Below are positions 38,463-51,733 of a stretch of 64,000 bases of DNA, piece after piece. Every line of letters starts with the position of its first letter. Position 1 is the first letter of the stretch. Where the stretch lies: the NCBI GenBank assembly GCA_051362555.1, contig CM120648.1:3902587-3966586 (forward strand), written 5' to 3'. The notes below the pieces were generated by a model that worked only from the letters and a program-made list of their open reading frames with translations, had not been told where the DNA came from and did not search any database. The stretch comes from Lingula anatina. Its lineage: Eukaryota; Animalia; Brachiopoda. A program made the position numbers and the translations under genes.

Positions 38463-41400
38463 AGCCTGAAAGATAACATAACTTCATAAAAAGAATATAC
38501 CTTATTTTCTCTAGTTTTGTAATCAATAACTTGAAAGTGTTTTTCGATGTTTCATTTCAAATTCACCAAATACATGTCCAGTTGCAACATGTAGGTACCC
38601 CGAGAGACAACACACTGGGCATATTCGGCTAATGAATGCTGACTTATTAAGAAAGCGACCCAGCAGGCACCTCTACCCAGGATGGTTTTAAAAGCATCCC
38701 AGAGCTTTTAGATCGATCTATCCCCGCGGGCAGTCTCACTAGATTACTGTCAGATAATCCGTTTTAAATGTCCGTCCCGCCTACTACAAGCTGTAAGGGG
38801 GTAATTAACTTTCGTGTCCGCCCGGCTGACAGTTATTTAGTGTGAACCGCCAGGGAGTTATGTCGATCTAAAGTAGGTCGATCTAATCTCTGGAAATGGG
38901 GTCTTAGTGTTGAAATATCCAGGAGAACTATATTTTGGTGTCATTACCCAGTACCTGTCGGACAGGCAGCATGGGCGTAACTAGGCATACGCACGGATGC
39001 ACTGTGCGTACAATTTTTTGAGCCAATCATGATATTATTCTCTATAAATTTAGTGTATTTTTCACGAAAAATAATCGAAAATCCTCTTCGATTGCAAGTT
39101 AGAGTCACCTGAATGTACAAATCTTCTGTATGAATCGTATACGCATTGTTCTGACGCCCCTGGTCTCGTTTGCTTTCACAGAACTGAGGTAAATAAACAA
39201 TACTAGCTACCTCCAGAAGTCCTATCTTAATCGTCCATCTAGCTGGAACTTCCTTTGCCTCTTAATAAGGTCGCGCGACAAGGTTATTTTCAGTTGCACC
39301 CTGGATTACGCACGCTTGCTCCGCAAGGTGTCGCCTGTGGCATCACAGCCCATATGGTTACTGTGGCGAAGGAGACAGGTACTTCCAAACATTTTTTCAT
39401 AACTGTAATTTTTCCTCATTCTATTCATGAATTTGATATTTACGGCAATTGAAAATGTGGCACTGGCAAAAGTGAATCTAGGTGCGTTGACAGGCCGCAC
39501 AGGTGTCCCCAATTAACCGCCGCCAAAGAAGAGACCCCAAGCATTAAACAACACAACCTGTAGATACTGGAAATTTGGCGAAAGTTTTACAAGCAACTGA
39601 GGCTTTATTAGATTTGGACAGAAATCGAGGGGAATGTCCAGTGACATGCCAAACCCCTAAGTTCAAGTCTTGGCCCTTGACACCATTAACGCACCCCTTA
39701 GTCAAGAATCTGAACAATTCAATGTTGGGCAGGTATGCTCTGTTTTCTACAGCCGTTTTGTGATTTTATCAACTTGATTGTCAAGTGCCAGACCTTTTGT
39801 TCCCAGGTATTAGTAGCAAACTTTATCAGATAACAATCTGACACTAGCCAAGCTGCACTATAAAAGCGCTGTAAACTCAGTTATCAATGCTGTCATCTTT
39901 ACCTGCATCTTTACCGGTATTATGCCAGTGGTACGTTTGATACATTTGAGTAAGGCAACATGCTTTAATGCTATGTTCATTTGTAATACGTTAGCATCAA
40001 CCTGTTAATAAAAACTTGAAACTTTCAATGTTATTACACAATAACAGTATAATGATGGGAGATGTTATGATTAAATGCTTAGAAGAATAATAAAAACAAA
40101 TTATGTGAAATATAAAATGAATTGATTTTATTTGGGTTATTTATTTATTTATTTCAAACCAAATAATTATCAAACATGAAGCTTGTTTTTAGAAACATTC
40201 GCAGATATATGAAATATAACCCTGCTGGTACACAGACCTACAGTTCTAAAATGCAAATACCAAGTACCTTTCACACACCACTGATAAGATGTGAATAATC
40301 ATATGTATAAAGTAGTAAAAATATCACAAAATGTGTGTAAGCAAGATATTTCTGCAAGTAACCTCATTAATCAGTCAGGAAACTTCATAATGCACCCAAT
40401 AAATGTAGAAATTTGAGCCAGAGAAATTCTACATACAGGCATGACAGATTTACCATATATTGCCACCAACCCTTAACTGAATGGGCATAGAAAGAACAAA
40501 GTGAGTCTTCCTCCCATTAAAAAATGAAAAATGAAAATAAATAAATAAAAAACAGATACTGTCATTCTTAATACTGAAAAACAATGGCACCTTGCAGCCT
40601 TCACTGCCTCACTATTTGCAGACAATGTTCTAGTCACTGTAACTGTGTACTTTTGATGAGGCATAGATGCAAGAATAACTTCTTTGAAGTACATGTATAT
40701 TGTGAAGGTCTCTTTTGTCATAAATGTGCCATGTATAACCTGAATGTACAACGATTCACACCGCAGCAGCTTGTCTTAGTAAGGACTCAACCAGTTTGAA
40801 AACTTGTGGCATAGCTTCAGGGACAAGATCACACCATCTATCCTTGCTGTGATGATGGATCTACTAGTACATTATCTATGTCTTGTCCTCCTAGTTTCTC
40901 TAATACCATTTCCCCTGATCTATGCTCACATCAATCTCTATAGCTTTACCAACTGCTACACAGTTTTTACATCTGAAAGTATAAAGCAAAAATTGTAATA
41001 AAGCACTATCAATTTACTTGTTAGATATTGATTTGAGGGCAAGAGAAAAATGCAGAAACCTCATATCATAATCAAGATAATTGAAAGTCAAATATGCATA
41101 ATCAAATTAATAGCTTTAATTGTACATACTACTGATAATTTAATCTTTTAAACAGCATAAATTTCTCTTGTTAAAGCATAGCCACTTTATCAAAATGTGC
41201 TTGAAAAAATAATAATGATAATAATGATAATAATAATAAACAACCTGCACACAAGATGGAACATGGAGGTCAATTGCCACAAAATAAGTTGATTTGTACT
41301 GTACTTGGTAGCCTGAGAAATAGTATCAGGTATTAATTTGAGCAGTAAATTGAGTAATAATACCACAGAGTTAACAATGACACAAGCATATGGTGTTGTG

Positions 41401-44400
41401 TAACAAAATTCATGCATTACTTGCTGTGGCAGTGTCCTCCTCAACCTATCGTGCACCGCAGGTTTTGATTTTCAATGTCATCAAAATTTTTTATTGTTGT
41501 TAGTTTGATTTATGTATCTGCTATTCAAATAATATCCTTAGGAAAATAACTTACTGATTTAATTATGCTTTTGCAACATGAAATTATCATTAACTTTGCC
41601 GGTTCACGTGTATACAGTACCTTGCAATCAGTGCTGCTCTATTCTCCCCAACTCGCCACTGACAGGCTAACCACATCGTTTCAAAACAACGTTGGTATGC
41701 TCCTCACGCTCGGCTGTCACCTTGATTGGATAGTAAACGATTGTCGTAAAATCGCTAAATGATATTAAAACCGGGTGCATAAACTTGAAAACCACCTACA
41801 ACAACCTTGGACTACCACATTAATCCAATACAATGCAAACATAAACTATAACAAGTGGTTAAAGCCTTCAAACCGAATGTCGTAAAGTCCCCATATACCT
41901 CCATAGAGACAATAAAATAGAATGAGCTTGAGAAACAAGAAAAATCCAGTTCCAACAGAATAATCGAAATAAAATACTGCCGGGCATCGGAGCGGCCTAA
42001 AACTTGGCACGCTTACCGCTAATACTGCAGGCTACATCATTCCGTCGCTCGTTTGTAAATTCCGTGCATGGCATACGCACCATCAAACCGTAAAAAACAA
42101 ATTCTCGGGGTGTCGTTGGCCAGGTCCACTCTAACCTACCATTACGAAAAAGAAGCCATGCCATTGGACAATGCGACCTCTGCGGTTACGTCATTTCCTG
42201 AATTGGATTGTTGAGTGGACCTAGCCAACGACACCCCGAGAATTTGTTTTTTACGGTTTGATTGTGCGTATGCCATGCACGGAATTTACAAACGAGCGAC
42301 GGAATGATGTAGCCTGCAGTATTAGCGGTAAGCGTGCCAAGTTTTAGGCCGCTCCGATGCCCGACAGTATTTTATTTCGATTATTATGTTGGAACTGGAT
42401 TTTTCTTGTTTCACAAGCTCATTCTATTTTATTGTCTCTATGGAGGTATATGGGGACTTTACGACATTCGGTTTGAAGGCTTTAACCACTTGTTATAGTT
42501 TATGTTTGCATTGTATTGGATTAATGTGGTAGTCCAAGGTTGTTGTAGGTGGTTTTCAAGTTTATGCACCCGGTTTTAATATCATTTAGCGATTTTACGA
42601 CAATCGTTTACTATCCAATCAAGGTGACAGCCGAGCGTGATGCTCCTTTACTTTTGGTGTTGGCAGTTTCGCCCTGGGGCACGCTCGGCTGTCACCTTGA
42701 TTGGATAGTAAACGATTGTCGTAAAATCGCTAAATGATATTAAAACCGGGTGCATAAACTTGAAAACCACCTACAACAACCTTGGACTACCACATTAATC
42801 CAATACAATGCAAACATAAACTATAACAAGTGGTTAAAGCCTTCAAACCGAATGTCGTAAAGTCCCCATATACCTCCATAGAGACAATAAAATAGAATGA
42901 GCTTGTGAAACAAGAAAAATCCAGTTCCAACATAATAATCGAAATAAAATACTGTCGGGCATCGGAGCGGCCTAAAACTTGGCACGCTTACCGCTAATAC
43001 TGCAGGCTACATCATTCCGTCGCTCGTTTGTAAATTCCGTGCATGGCATACGCACAATCAAACCGTAAAAAACAAATTCTCGGGGTGTCGTTGGCTAGGT
43101 CCACTCAACAATCCAATTCAGGAAATGACGTAACCGCAGAGGTCGCATTGTCCAATGGCATGGCTTCTTTTTCGTAATGGTAGGTTAGAGTGGACCTGGC
43201 CAACGACACCCCGAGAATTTGTTTTTTACGGTTTGATGGTGCGTATGCCATGCACGGAATTTACAAACGAGCGACGGAATGATGTAGCCTGCAGTATTAG
43301 CGGTAAGCGTGCCAAGTTTTAGGCCGCTCCGATGCCCGGCAGTATTTTATTTCGATTATTCTGTTGGAACTGGATTTTTCTTGTTTCTCAAGCTCATTCT
43401 ATTTTATTGTCTCTATGGAGGTATATGGGGACTTAACGACATTCGGTTTGAAGGCTTTAACCACTTGTTATAGTTTATGTTTGCATTGTATTGGATTAAT
43501 GTGGTAGTCCAAGGTTGTTGTAGGTGGTTTTCAAGTTTATGCACCCGGTTTTAATATCATTTAGCGATTTTACGACAATCGTTTACTATCCAATCAAGGT
43601 GACAGCCGAGCGTGCATCTATGCATTGCTCGTGTACAAAATGGCCGCTTGCTGCCCCCCCAAGGGAAAAATCGTAGCACGTGGGTAGTTACGCAAGACCT
43701 GTGACGTATAACGCGCGCAAGGTTATTGGAGGTTTGAATGCCCTTCAACTCTCAGGTAGCCTTTGTCTTAAGTGTGTCGAATGCACACTCGCTGGCGAGA
43801 TTTATCTCAGATAAAAATCTACCTGTGTTATTTTCAAAGAGCAGTTCCAGCAGACCTGGGGACACTAGATAAAATCTGGACAACGGGCTTTATAAGGAGC
43901 CAGAGAAACAAAAAAATATTTCCTGCAAAGCTCTAAAGAATTTTGACACGGACTTGACCCAGCTTAACCCTGTAAACTAACAGGGTGATATGGGTAATTT
44001 TCACAAACAAACAGAGCTTTATCCTGTATTATAATTGTTTGATTTTGGATGATACCATATATAAGTTCAACTTTTAGAAGATTCATCATTAAGCTGACCA
44101 TGCAGGGCCGTAGCCTGAGCAAAATGCCAGGGGGGGGGGGGGGGCAGTAAGCGGACACGAGGGGGCGAAGCCCCCGAGAGGGGAGGGGGTGCCCCCCTCC
44201 CACGGTGTGGAAAATTTTTAAAAACTGTATGTATAAAACTGCATTCTGGTGCATTTTAAATGTTATTTATTGGTCAATCAGAAGTCAGAAATTGTGGGTT
44301 CATTTTGCCATAAGTACAGTCATTTTTCCACACAACACGGAGGGTGAGCTTTTTGGCATAAACTGAGTTGGCTAAAAACAGTACACCTTTGTAAACAGAT

Positions 44401-47400
44401 TGTTGAATGATTGTCTAGTGGCCATGAGTGCCTTTTCTCACAGAATTGATACCAACTTTGCAATTATTTTTTTACTTTTGCGATCATTTTTTTGCACCCC
44501 AATTTCCAGGGGGGGGGGGGCAGCTGCCCCCCTGCCCCCCTGGAGGCTACGGCCCTGCCATGGATAGCAAGAAGGTGTAAGAATCCTACAACGATCAACT
44601 GTTCTTAAGATTATTTTCTGACAACTCGGGATAACCGCAACAAACCACATCGAACGAAGGTGCCTCACCGTTATTTAGAATTTAGCTTGTTACAAGCGGG
44701 CATAATTTGCATATGTTTTCAAAGTTTGTGTCAGTAAGCCCCTAGTTCAATAAATATACCATTCTAAGCAAGGCTTTTTTCAGCGAGCCCTCCAGCTGCC
44801 AATTGAACGGCCGCTGTCATCACTGGACGGCCTATGTTTTCAAATTTAGAAGGCTGGATGGCTTACGATTAAAAAAGTCTTGACTTGTCGGGGCAGCTGC
44901 ACCCTGAGCTTCAGAGATAACTTGACACTAACCTCTTCACTATAGCCTATCTTCATCGTGTCAAGTTACCTCTGACGAAAATAGTTTGACCTAGTTTATA
45001 TAAGCCAATCGAATCCATGTTTCAAAAATTTTCACCAAAGTTTGGTGAAAACGCTGATTGGTTGACCGTCAATCGGCAATCCTCGGCTGATTCCGCAAGC
45101 TCCATACTAACAACATAGTTATTGTCGAGTGCGGAGACATCCGAGTAGTTCCGAGTGCATAACCGTACACAAAGAAAGCATGGAGTATATCGGAATTGAA
45201 ACCAGAGCAGTTTGATGCCCTGCATAATTATCTACTGAGGGATGATGTATTTTGCGTGCTGCCCACAGGTTACGGCAAGTCCCTGATATTCAGCCTTATC
45301 TTTGATTGGTCCGGATTTGAACAAAGCGCGCTTTGACTCGTTCGCGTTCATTGGCTAGATCGTTCAATGAGTCATTGAGTGCGGGCTTTAAATTTGATTG
45401 GCGGGCGGCGGAGGCAATCGAATGTGGTCAGAGGTAACTTGACACGATGAAGATAGGCTATAGTGAAGAGGTTAGTGTCAAGTTATCTCTGAAGCTCAGG
45501 GTGGGGCAGCTGTGGACGTCGTATGAAAATCCATTGCAGTAATTTGACGTATGAATATTATACTACTTTGTAGTGCACGCTGTTTTTCAGTCACGACGTA
45601 ACTACTACCTAAAGCTTACAAAACACAATAAAATGTTTCCATTGACTTTAAAATATATAATGCAGAAGTGACAAGAATGATCTACATTCGGTACAAAACA
45701 CGTGTAGGCCCTAAATGAAATATGACCTAACTTGCCGCCAAATTATGAAAGGGGACACCTTTCGGATCTTTATACGTATGGCACCTGACAAAGCTAATAC
45801 ATAACAAAGGCAATTTTTATATCTTCGGCGAGAGATTGTTCTCAATCCGAAAGAGACGAGAAGGCAATTTTCATATTTGTTCAAGAGACTTCGTTAACCG
45901 AGGATCGGGAACAAGAGATAGTTACCGACCGCAGCGAGATGAGAAGCCAATTTTCGTATCTTCAGCAGGAGATCGAGCATGATCTGAGCGAAAAGAGAAA
46001 GCAATTTTCACATTCGTTCCATGGACTTCGTTCGCAGAAGATCGTCAGCCAGAGATCGTTCGCGATCCGAGCGAGACGAGAAGGCAATTTTTATATTCAT
46101 ACAAGGGCGTTCTTTCGTGGAAGAGAGTGACGGGAGATCGGTATCAATTATTTTTACCCCTCTTTTCCAATGAAATTTATTATAAAAAAAGATTCCATTA
46201 ATTTTTACCCCACCCCCACCCCCGCTCACGGCTTTTGGAAAAGTTTGAGGCCCTGAAATTTTGAAGTAAGATACAGATGGCAATTATGTATGCCCTGTAC
46301 CCCAATCCCGGAAAAAGCGTTGGTTCTGGGTGAAATAATTTACTGGAACTTAATTATATTGAGGGAATATTTTAAACTTTAAGTAATGATTTTATAAACG
46401 GTGAAAACTAAGCTATTATATTTGGCACATATAATTTAAACTGCCCTTCATCTTTTGCGTAAGTCGATCTACATTTAGCTATACCTGGGAATTTTAAAAT
46501 TCTGTGCGTACAATTTTAAAAGGTCTGATTACGCCCCTGGGCAGTGTCCCCATATCTGACAATGGTTTAAAGCTGTGACTTTAATATGTATCTACATTTA
46601 TATAGTACCTGTAGGTGAGCATGAAGTTACGCTCGCCCTTCCTGGTCCTGTGTTTTATCATTGTGTATCTGCCGATAGTTGGAGGAGGGCGGTCTACTGT
46701 GGTGTTAACAGCCACTAACCTTTACCAAAAAAGGAGAAAAATAAGCACTGAAAAATGAGACTCAAAAGTTCTCATAAAGAAAGAAGCCAGGCATTTTTGT
46801 GACTACCCCCCCCCCCCAATTCCTCCGAATCAGTAAAATCCCATATCCAGTGGTGCTATGTCCTAGCATACAACAAAAGATGTCCAGCAGTGGGGTTTAT
46901 AGCCAGCGCTGCATTGTGTTATTCATTTGCCATGTAAAATTATCTATTGAATAAAGTCTTGTTAGAACATCAAAATTCACCGCAAATTAAAATTTTCAAA
47001 TTTCAAACAAATGTGCTACTAATACATTGACTTAAAGGTACATACGAACCGAGCATCGGTGGAGCGTGGATTCCCAGTAACACACGTAAACCACTTATAC
47101 TAGATTCTTATATGACTCAAATAAATTCGACATGCCAAGGGATAAACTGAATAGATCACTCAATCAGCCATAAAAGACCTTTAGACTGCTCCTTTCTTTA
47201 AATTTATGGTTGTAAATTTAACCTACTTTCGTGACTTACTTTCCTACCCCATTGACATAAAGCTTAGAATGCCAGCAGAAAAATCCGTTCAAACATCATT
47301 TTCGGGTAAAATTAAATAATGCCTTTTGGTAATTCTCTTAGTTATACTACTTGAAACCATATGCTGGCATTTGGTTGGTTTTTGTGACAAAAAATTGACT

Positions 47401-48932
47401 TTGTATGCATCTTTAATAAAGGGCATCAACAAAACTGGTGTGTCCAAATCAGCCGTTGCCAGGTGGGAATTGTTGTGACGTCACATCGTCACTCACCTTC
47501 CCCACATGTCGTCATCCTCGCCGCCCCAGCCCCAAAATTGATTGCTGAAGCCGTTGACCCTCTTAAACATGTGTCTTGTCATGGCCAGTACGCCACCTAC
47601 GAGAATGTGGTAGGGAAGCCTGGAAAGGACAGTAGTTTCTATTGTGGTATTTGTCGTGAAACTGTTGGTTTACAAGTAAATCTTAATACTTACATATACA
47701 TTAATCATATTTGATTACTTTTTAAAAACCTACTGGTATCTAAATTTGTCTACAGCCGGGGAGAGGTGTCTCGGCCTCGTCATATTATAGCACCAGTACA
47801 TGTTGTGGTCATTCTCCAGAAGCATGTCCACGTCATGGAAAATAACGCAGTCAAAATCAAATGCCCTTTCGCACTCCAAAAATGCAGCGTTGTAGAGTCT
47901 TCCTTTGTTGAAAAGATTTCTTTGTACCTACAAATAAAGTGCAATTTTAAATAAATGTACTTTTGTTCTCATGACCTTATCAGAAATATTTTCAAATATC
48001 ACATGAATCATTTTAACCATTTTAACCAGGTTTGCAAGTTAACTTTACTCTCTGGTAATGATATAGACCACTGGCGCTTCTACTAGCATTTGTTAAGTGC
48101 AAAAACCTTTGATATTATTTGGATCACCCAATATATAAGTTTGACAGCAAAGTGCTAGTACCTGCTCTGTAACCACGATTCTATATTCCAGTTTCTGTCT
48201 CTGCAAGATAGGATGGTAATGGGCAAGCCACTGGATAAGGTGGCTCCACCTATTTCTGTGCGGAACAATGATGATCACACGAGATCTCGGAGCGCAATCG
48301 TGTGGCGTCCAGAACCCGCCCTTTTTGAGCCCTTGGTTTCTCTTTCGTAGTTCATCTAAGTCGATCGATTCATTGATGTTGATTTTTAGATGCCCAACTG
48401 AACGAAAACGATTTCGAAACTTACAGCATGGTTGATATGTACGTAGAGACACAGTTAAATTAACTTTTCGATTACTGTTTTAAAAAATATTAGCATTCTA
48501 CCGGTTTATATACATACTGTTGTTTTGACTGCAACACTGCGTTTAGCACTTGGACGATGTAATATTCACATTGACCGGCCAAGGTGTAGGACGTTTCGAT
48601 TGGCATATATAATTATATGTACAGAAAAATTCAGTATAGCAATTGTACATAAATTGTGTTATTGTCATTCCAATAACTTGAGTTTATACTCACTTAAATC
48701 TGGCGGATATTCCGGACAATTGATATTCTGCAATAAAGTTGTGACAGTGATTCAAATGAAATTCAAAAGCGTGTGTTAAGTCACAATTTATTACAAAAAT
48801 ATTAGACACTTCAAAATAAAGAATGATTTATGGTTTGGGAAATGATAAACAAATTCGAATACTTCATTTCCCCAAAAGATAACAATCATAATGAAAAATA
48901 GAGCAACGCAAGTCATGCAATTTAAATTTGAA

Positions 48933-48963
<31 letters not shown>

Positions 48964-49416
48964 TTAAAGCTTTTTTCAAACCCCACCGTCTATACCAAAG
49001 CAGTCCATGGTAATACAAAACTGTAACATAATTTTACGAATTGTGATATTTAAAAATAATTGTAATAAATAAATAAATTCAGCACCCTGGCTTCAACTCT
49101 ACAGTTATTTTCTAAAGTGTGCGAATCTAATCATACAAAACACACTAACGAGCTCGGCTATTGATTTAAAACACGGGTAGCACGTCGTGATTTTTGCACT
49201 TCGATTTAGATAAGTTACCTTTGGTTTAATGCTTGCATTTTCAGTTCTGTCGTTCACTGTCACAATTCTTTCATCCCGTTTCGGTGTCACATTTAAATCA
49301 TGTCTTTCCACGCCATATCGCCTTGGTGACTGTGGCTCGAGGAATAATACTAACAAACCCTGGCCGATAATCAGCAATAACCCAGTGAATATCACCACAT
49401 ATCGCAATCTCTCCAT
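38210..49416 (-). CDS. GT7 beta-1,4-galactosyltransferase-family enzyme, probably a beta-1,4-N-acetylgalactosaminyltransferase (bre-4-like), about 364 aa: complement(join(38210..38369,46609..46719,47497..47619,47734..47927,48162..48397,49146..49416))
   Basis: N-terminal TM; IIVPHRNR..HL, LQRQKLEY, FNKGRLYN, DCVIFHDVDM, PRHLS.AVDKFRYQLPY..LVGGV, VNGFSNQFWGWGGEDDDM, IGRYTMIKH, W.RDGLN. The exon-1 donor position is uncertain. Confidence 0.92.
38691..38903. mobile_element. About 213-bp Harbinger-like MITE (TTA flanks), reverse-complement copy of 51319..51532
   Basis: High identity to the inverted 51319..51532, with TTA on both flanks. Confidence 0.8.
41705..42639. mobile_element. 935-bp palindromic MITE (427-bp arms, 81-bp loop), 8-bp TSD atgctcct
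   Basis: CACGCTCGG...CCGAGCGTG termini, with atgctcct at 41697..41704 and 42640..42647. Confidence 0.93.
42680..43614. mobile_element. Second, inverted copy of the 935-bp MITE, with no TSD
   Basis: Reverse complement of 41705..42639, including the loop and arm-specific variants. The flanks ccctgggg and catctatg differ. Confidence 0.93.
44103..44557. mobile_element. MITE with CAGGGCCGTAGCCT TIR and 5-bp TSD ccatg
   Basis: Perfect TIR with ccatg on both flanks. Longer, inverted relative of 23947..24102. Confidence 0.9.
44900..45503 (+). mobile_element. 604-bp element with 77-bp TIRs, 9-bp TSD gggcagctg and an internal RecQ-helicase N-terminal fragment (AcademH-like non-autonomous element)
   Basis: TIR caccctgagcttcagag...ctctgac; TSD at 44891..44899 and 45504..45512; 45193..45294 encodes ELKPEQFDALHNYLLRDDVFCVLPTGYGKSLIFS. 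Confidence 0.85.
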
Positions 49417-50473
49417 AACGGCGACATTAAAAAAGAGCACTCATTTAACTATAACCGTTGGCTTCCATTCAAATAATATTTTGTCGTCGAGAGGCTTTAT
49501 TCTACGTTTTATCCTCAACCCTGTAGTTCTTGCACACACAGGCCATTTTGAATCAGCTTCAAAGTTACGACATAATCGATGGAAAGTACTTCATTTTTTT
49601 TATTAATGGAAATGACTCCATTACTGTAAATGTATGCGTATCGACTCGTGTGGAGCTGGTGCCAAGTTACTATAAACAATCGGTCTGTTTACAGTGAAGA
49701 CAAGCCGACCGTGCTTGGTGTCTCATTCCTCTGCAAGCGTCAGATTAGGACCAAATAACATAGATAAGCTGGTGAACAAGTGTGTTATCTCTGTAAATAG
49801 GGTCGGTAGCCAGGTTTTTTTGAAAATTCTTTTAACAAGTGATGTTAAACAGGTCGGTGTTCGATCATTTTTGTTCGTTTTTTTATTATTATTATTATTT
49901 TTTTTTTTTGGGGGGGGGGGCAGATCCAGACCATGAGCGATTCCAACATTCTCAATGCATTTTCCATTTGAAAAACATATAAACGAAATATCTTATTGCC
50001 ACGAAGTTCTTGTCGATTGCATTCTTTAACCAGGTTAAATTTTTTGCCTGGCCAAGACGAGCTCACTAGGATAACCTCCATGACAGATACAATATTTCAT
50101 TTAATTACACCATTACTAATTTAATCTTGACTCAAAGGAGACTTAAATTTTGTTCTAAGATTTTCGTGCTTAATTGCAATGGTGAAACAGGCCCCAGGAT
50201 TTAATGTCTGTGTGGATCAGTGAGAGTTTTTGACCCGATGACAGTGTAAACACGCCTTCGGATGGCAAAATAATGTCTATAAAGAAACCGACGCGGACAT
50301 ATAGATTTCCTATTGATCATATGTTTTGTAAAAACGATACAATCTCTACTTAGGGCCTGAAACGAATCTCCATGATGTTGTTTGTCATACTGAAGCACGT
50401 ACAGATCAATTCCAGCTATCGATTTATACGTGTACACTCCAAGTTCCATTTTATTGTCAAACAATTTCCATCG

Positions 50474-50521
<48 letters not shown>

Positions 50522-50720
50522 AATCAGTAACAAACATTTGATAAATATTTACGTTTATTGTCCCAAACAAACATGCTAAGGCGATAAAGAGAACAAAAAA
50601 AGATATTGCCTACGAGAGCACTTTAGAATAATCAATTCACTGATTCTCGTGTACAAATTTATTACAAGCACTTCAGCTGTTTCCGTATTATTGATAACCC
50701 ACGGAAACAGCCGATGCTGA

Positions 50721-50754
<34 letters not shown>

Positions 50755-51267
50755 GCAAGGTTCTCTACGTCCCAATCATACTGGCTCAGTTTAAAATCCT
50801 GCTCCACATCATGGGGTAGTTCTTTGCGTGACTTTGTTCACACGAGAGTTGCTTTTTTTTTCACTGAATCACATCGCATTGCATAGGACCGTGCCACTGT
50901 CAGGAGCACTGTATTTTGACCTTGTCATCTTTATAAACGTCTCCAGGCTGCTAGGCTTACCATCGTTGCCACGACTACACCTGTAACAAACAGACATAAG
51001 TTACATGGGTTATCATTTATTGTTTGCAAAACATGTGGCAATTGGATGGGATCTTGCAACCAAATTTGCGTTATAATATGAGGGACGGATTTTTTAGTTA
51101 TGGTGTATGACAAATTAAAAAATAAAATGAAAAATAATCGAACACTAATTAAATTTTTTACTTGGGCCCTAGATAAATCAGCACTAGTCAAATAAGATTA
51201 GATACTGCACCTGTTTTCTATCAGTAAGGACAAGGTTAATGATTAAGACCTAGACCGTCTTATTTAC

Positions 51268-51732
51268 GACCCCATTCCAATATACACCATCCGTCTACAT
51301 AGATTGATCCAACTCTAAGACCCCATTCCCAGAGATTAGATCGATCCAACTAGATCGACCTAACTCCCTGGGGGTTCACGCTAAATAGTTGTCAGCCGAG
51401 CGGACACTAAAGTTAATTACCCCCTTACAGCTTGTAGCAGGCGGGACGGACATTTAAGCCGGATTATCTGACAGTAATCTAGTGAGACTCCCCACGGGGA
51501 TAGATCGATCTAAAATCTATGGGAATGCGCCCTAAGGAGACACTTGCTGAGTGCAATCAGCTTAAAGACAATCCCCCTCCTGGCATTGGGTAGAATGCAG
51601 AAAAGATTGTGATTACACGTGTATGTTGGGAACAAAAGGAGGCGTATCCTTCAATTAAGTTAATTGCACTCAACTAGAGTCCCCGTAGAGTTATATATAC
51701 GTAGACCGATGATGTCTATGAGAATAGGGTCT
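51268..51732. mobile_element. Harbinger-like MITE with a second MITE (51319..51532, TAA TSD) nested inside
   Basis: Outer ends gaccccattcc...gaatagggtc and inner taa|gaccccattccc...gggaatgcgccc|taa. Confidence 0.7.
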
Positions 51733-51733
51733 C

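Larger units (their letters stand above)
38970..46539. mobile_element. 7.57-kb composite non-autonomous DNA transposon, TIR CA(T/G)GGGCGTAA, 5-bp TSD ggcag, in the last intron of the glycosyltransferase
   Basis: ggcag|catgggcgtaac at 38965..38981 and attacgcccctg|ggcag at 46528..46544. The subterminal ctgtgcgtacaatttt occurs at both 39002 and 46502. Confidence 0.75.

Noticed and set aside
41565-43748. Three short ORFs ending TLGCHLDWIVNDCRKIAK
   Set aside because: All read into the same MITE terminal repeat; not a gene family.
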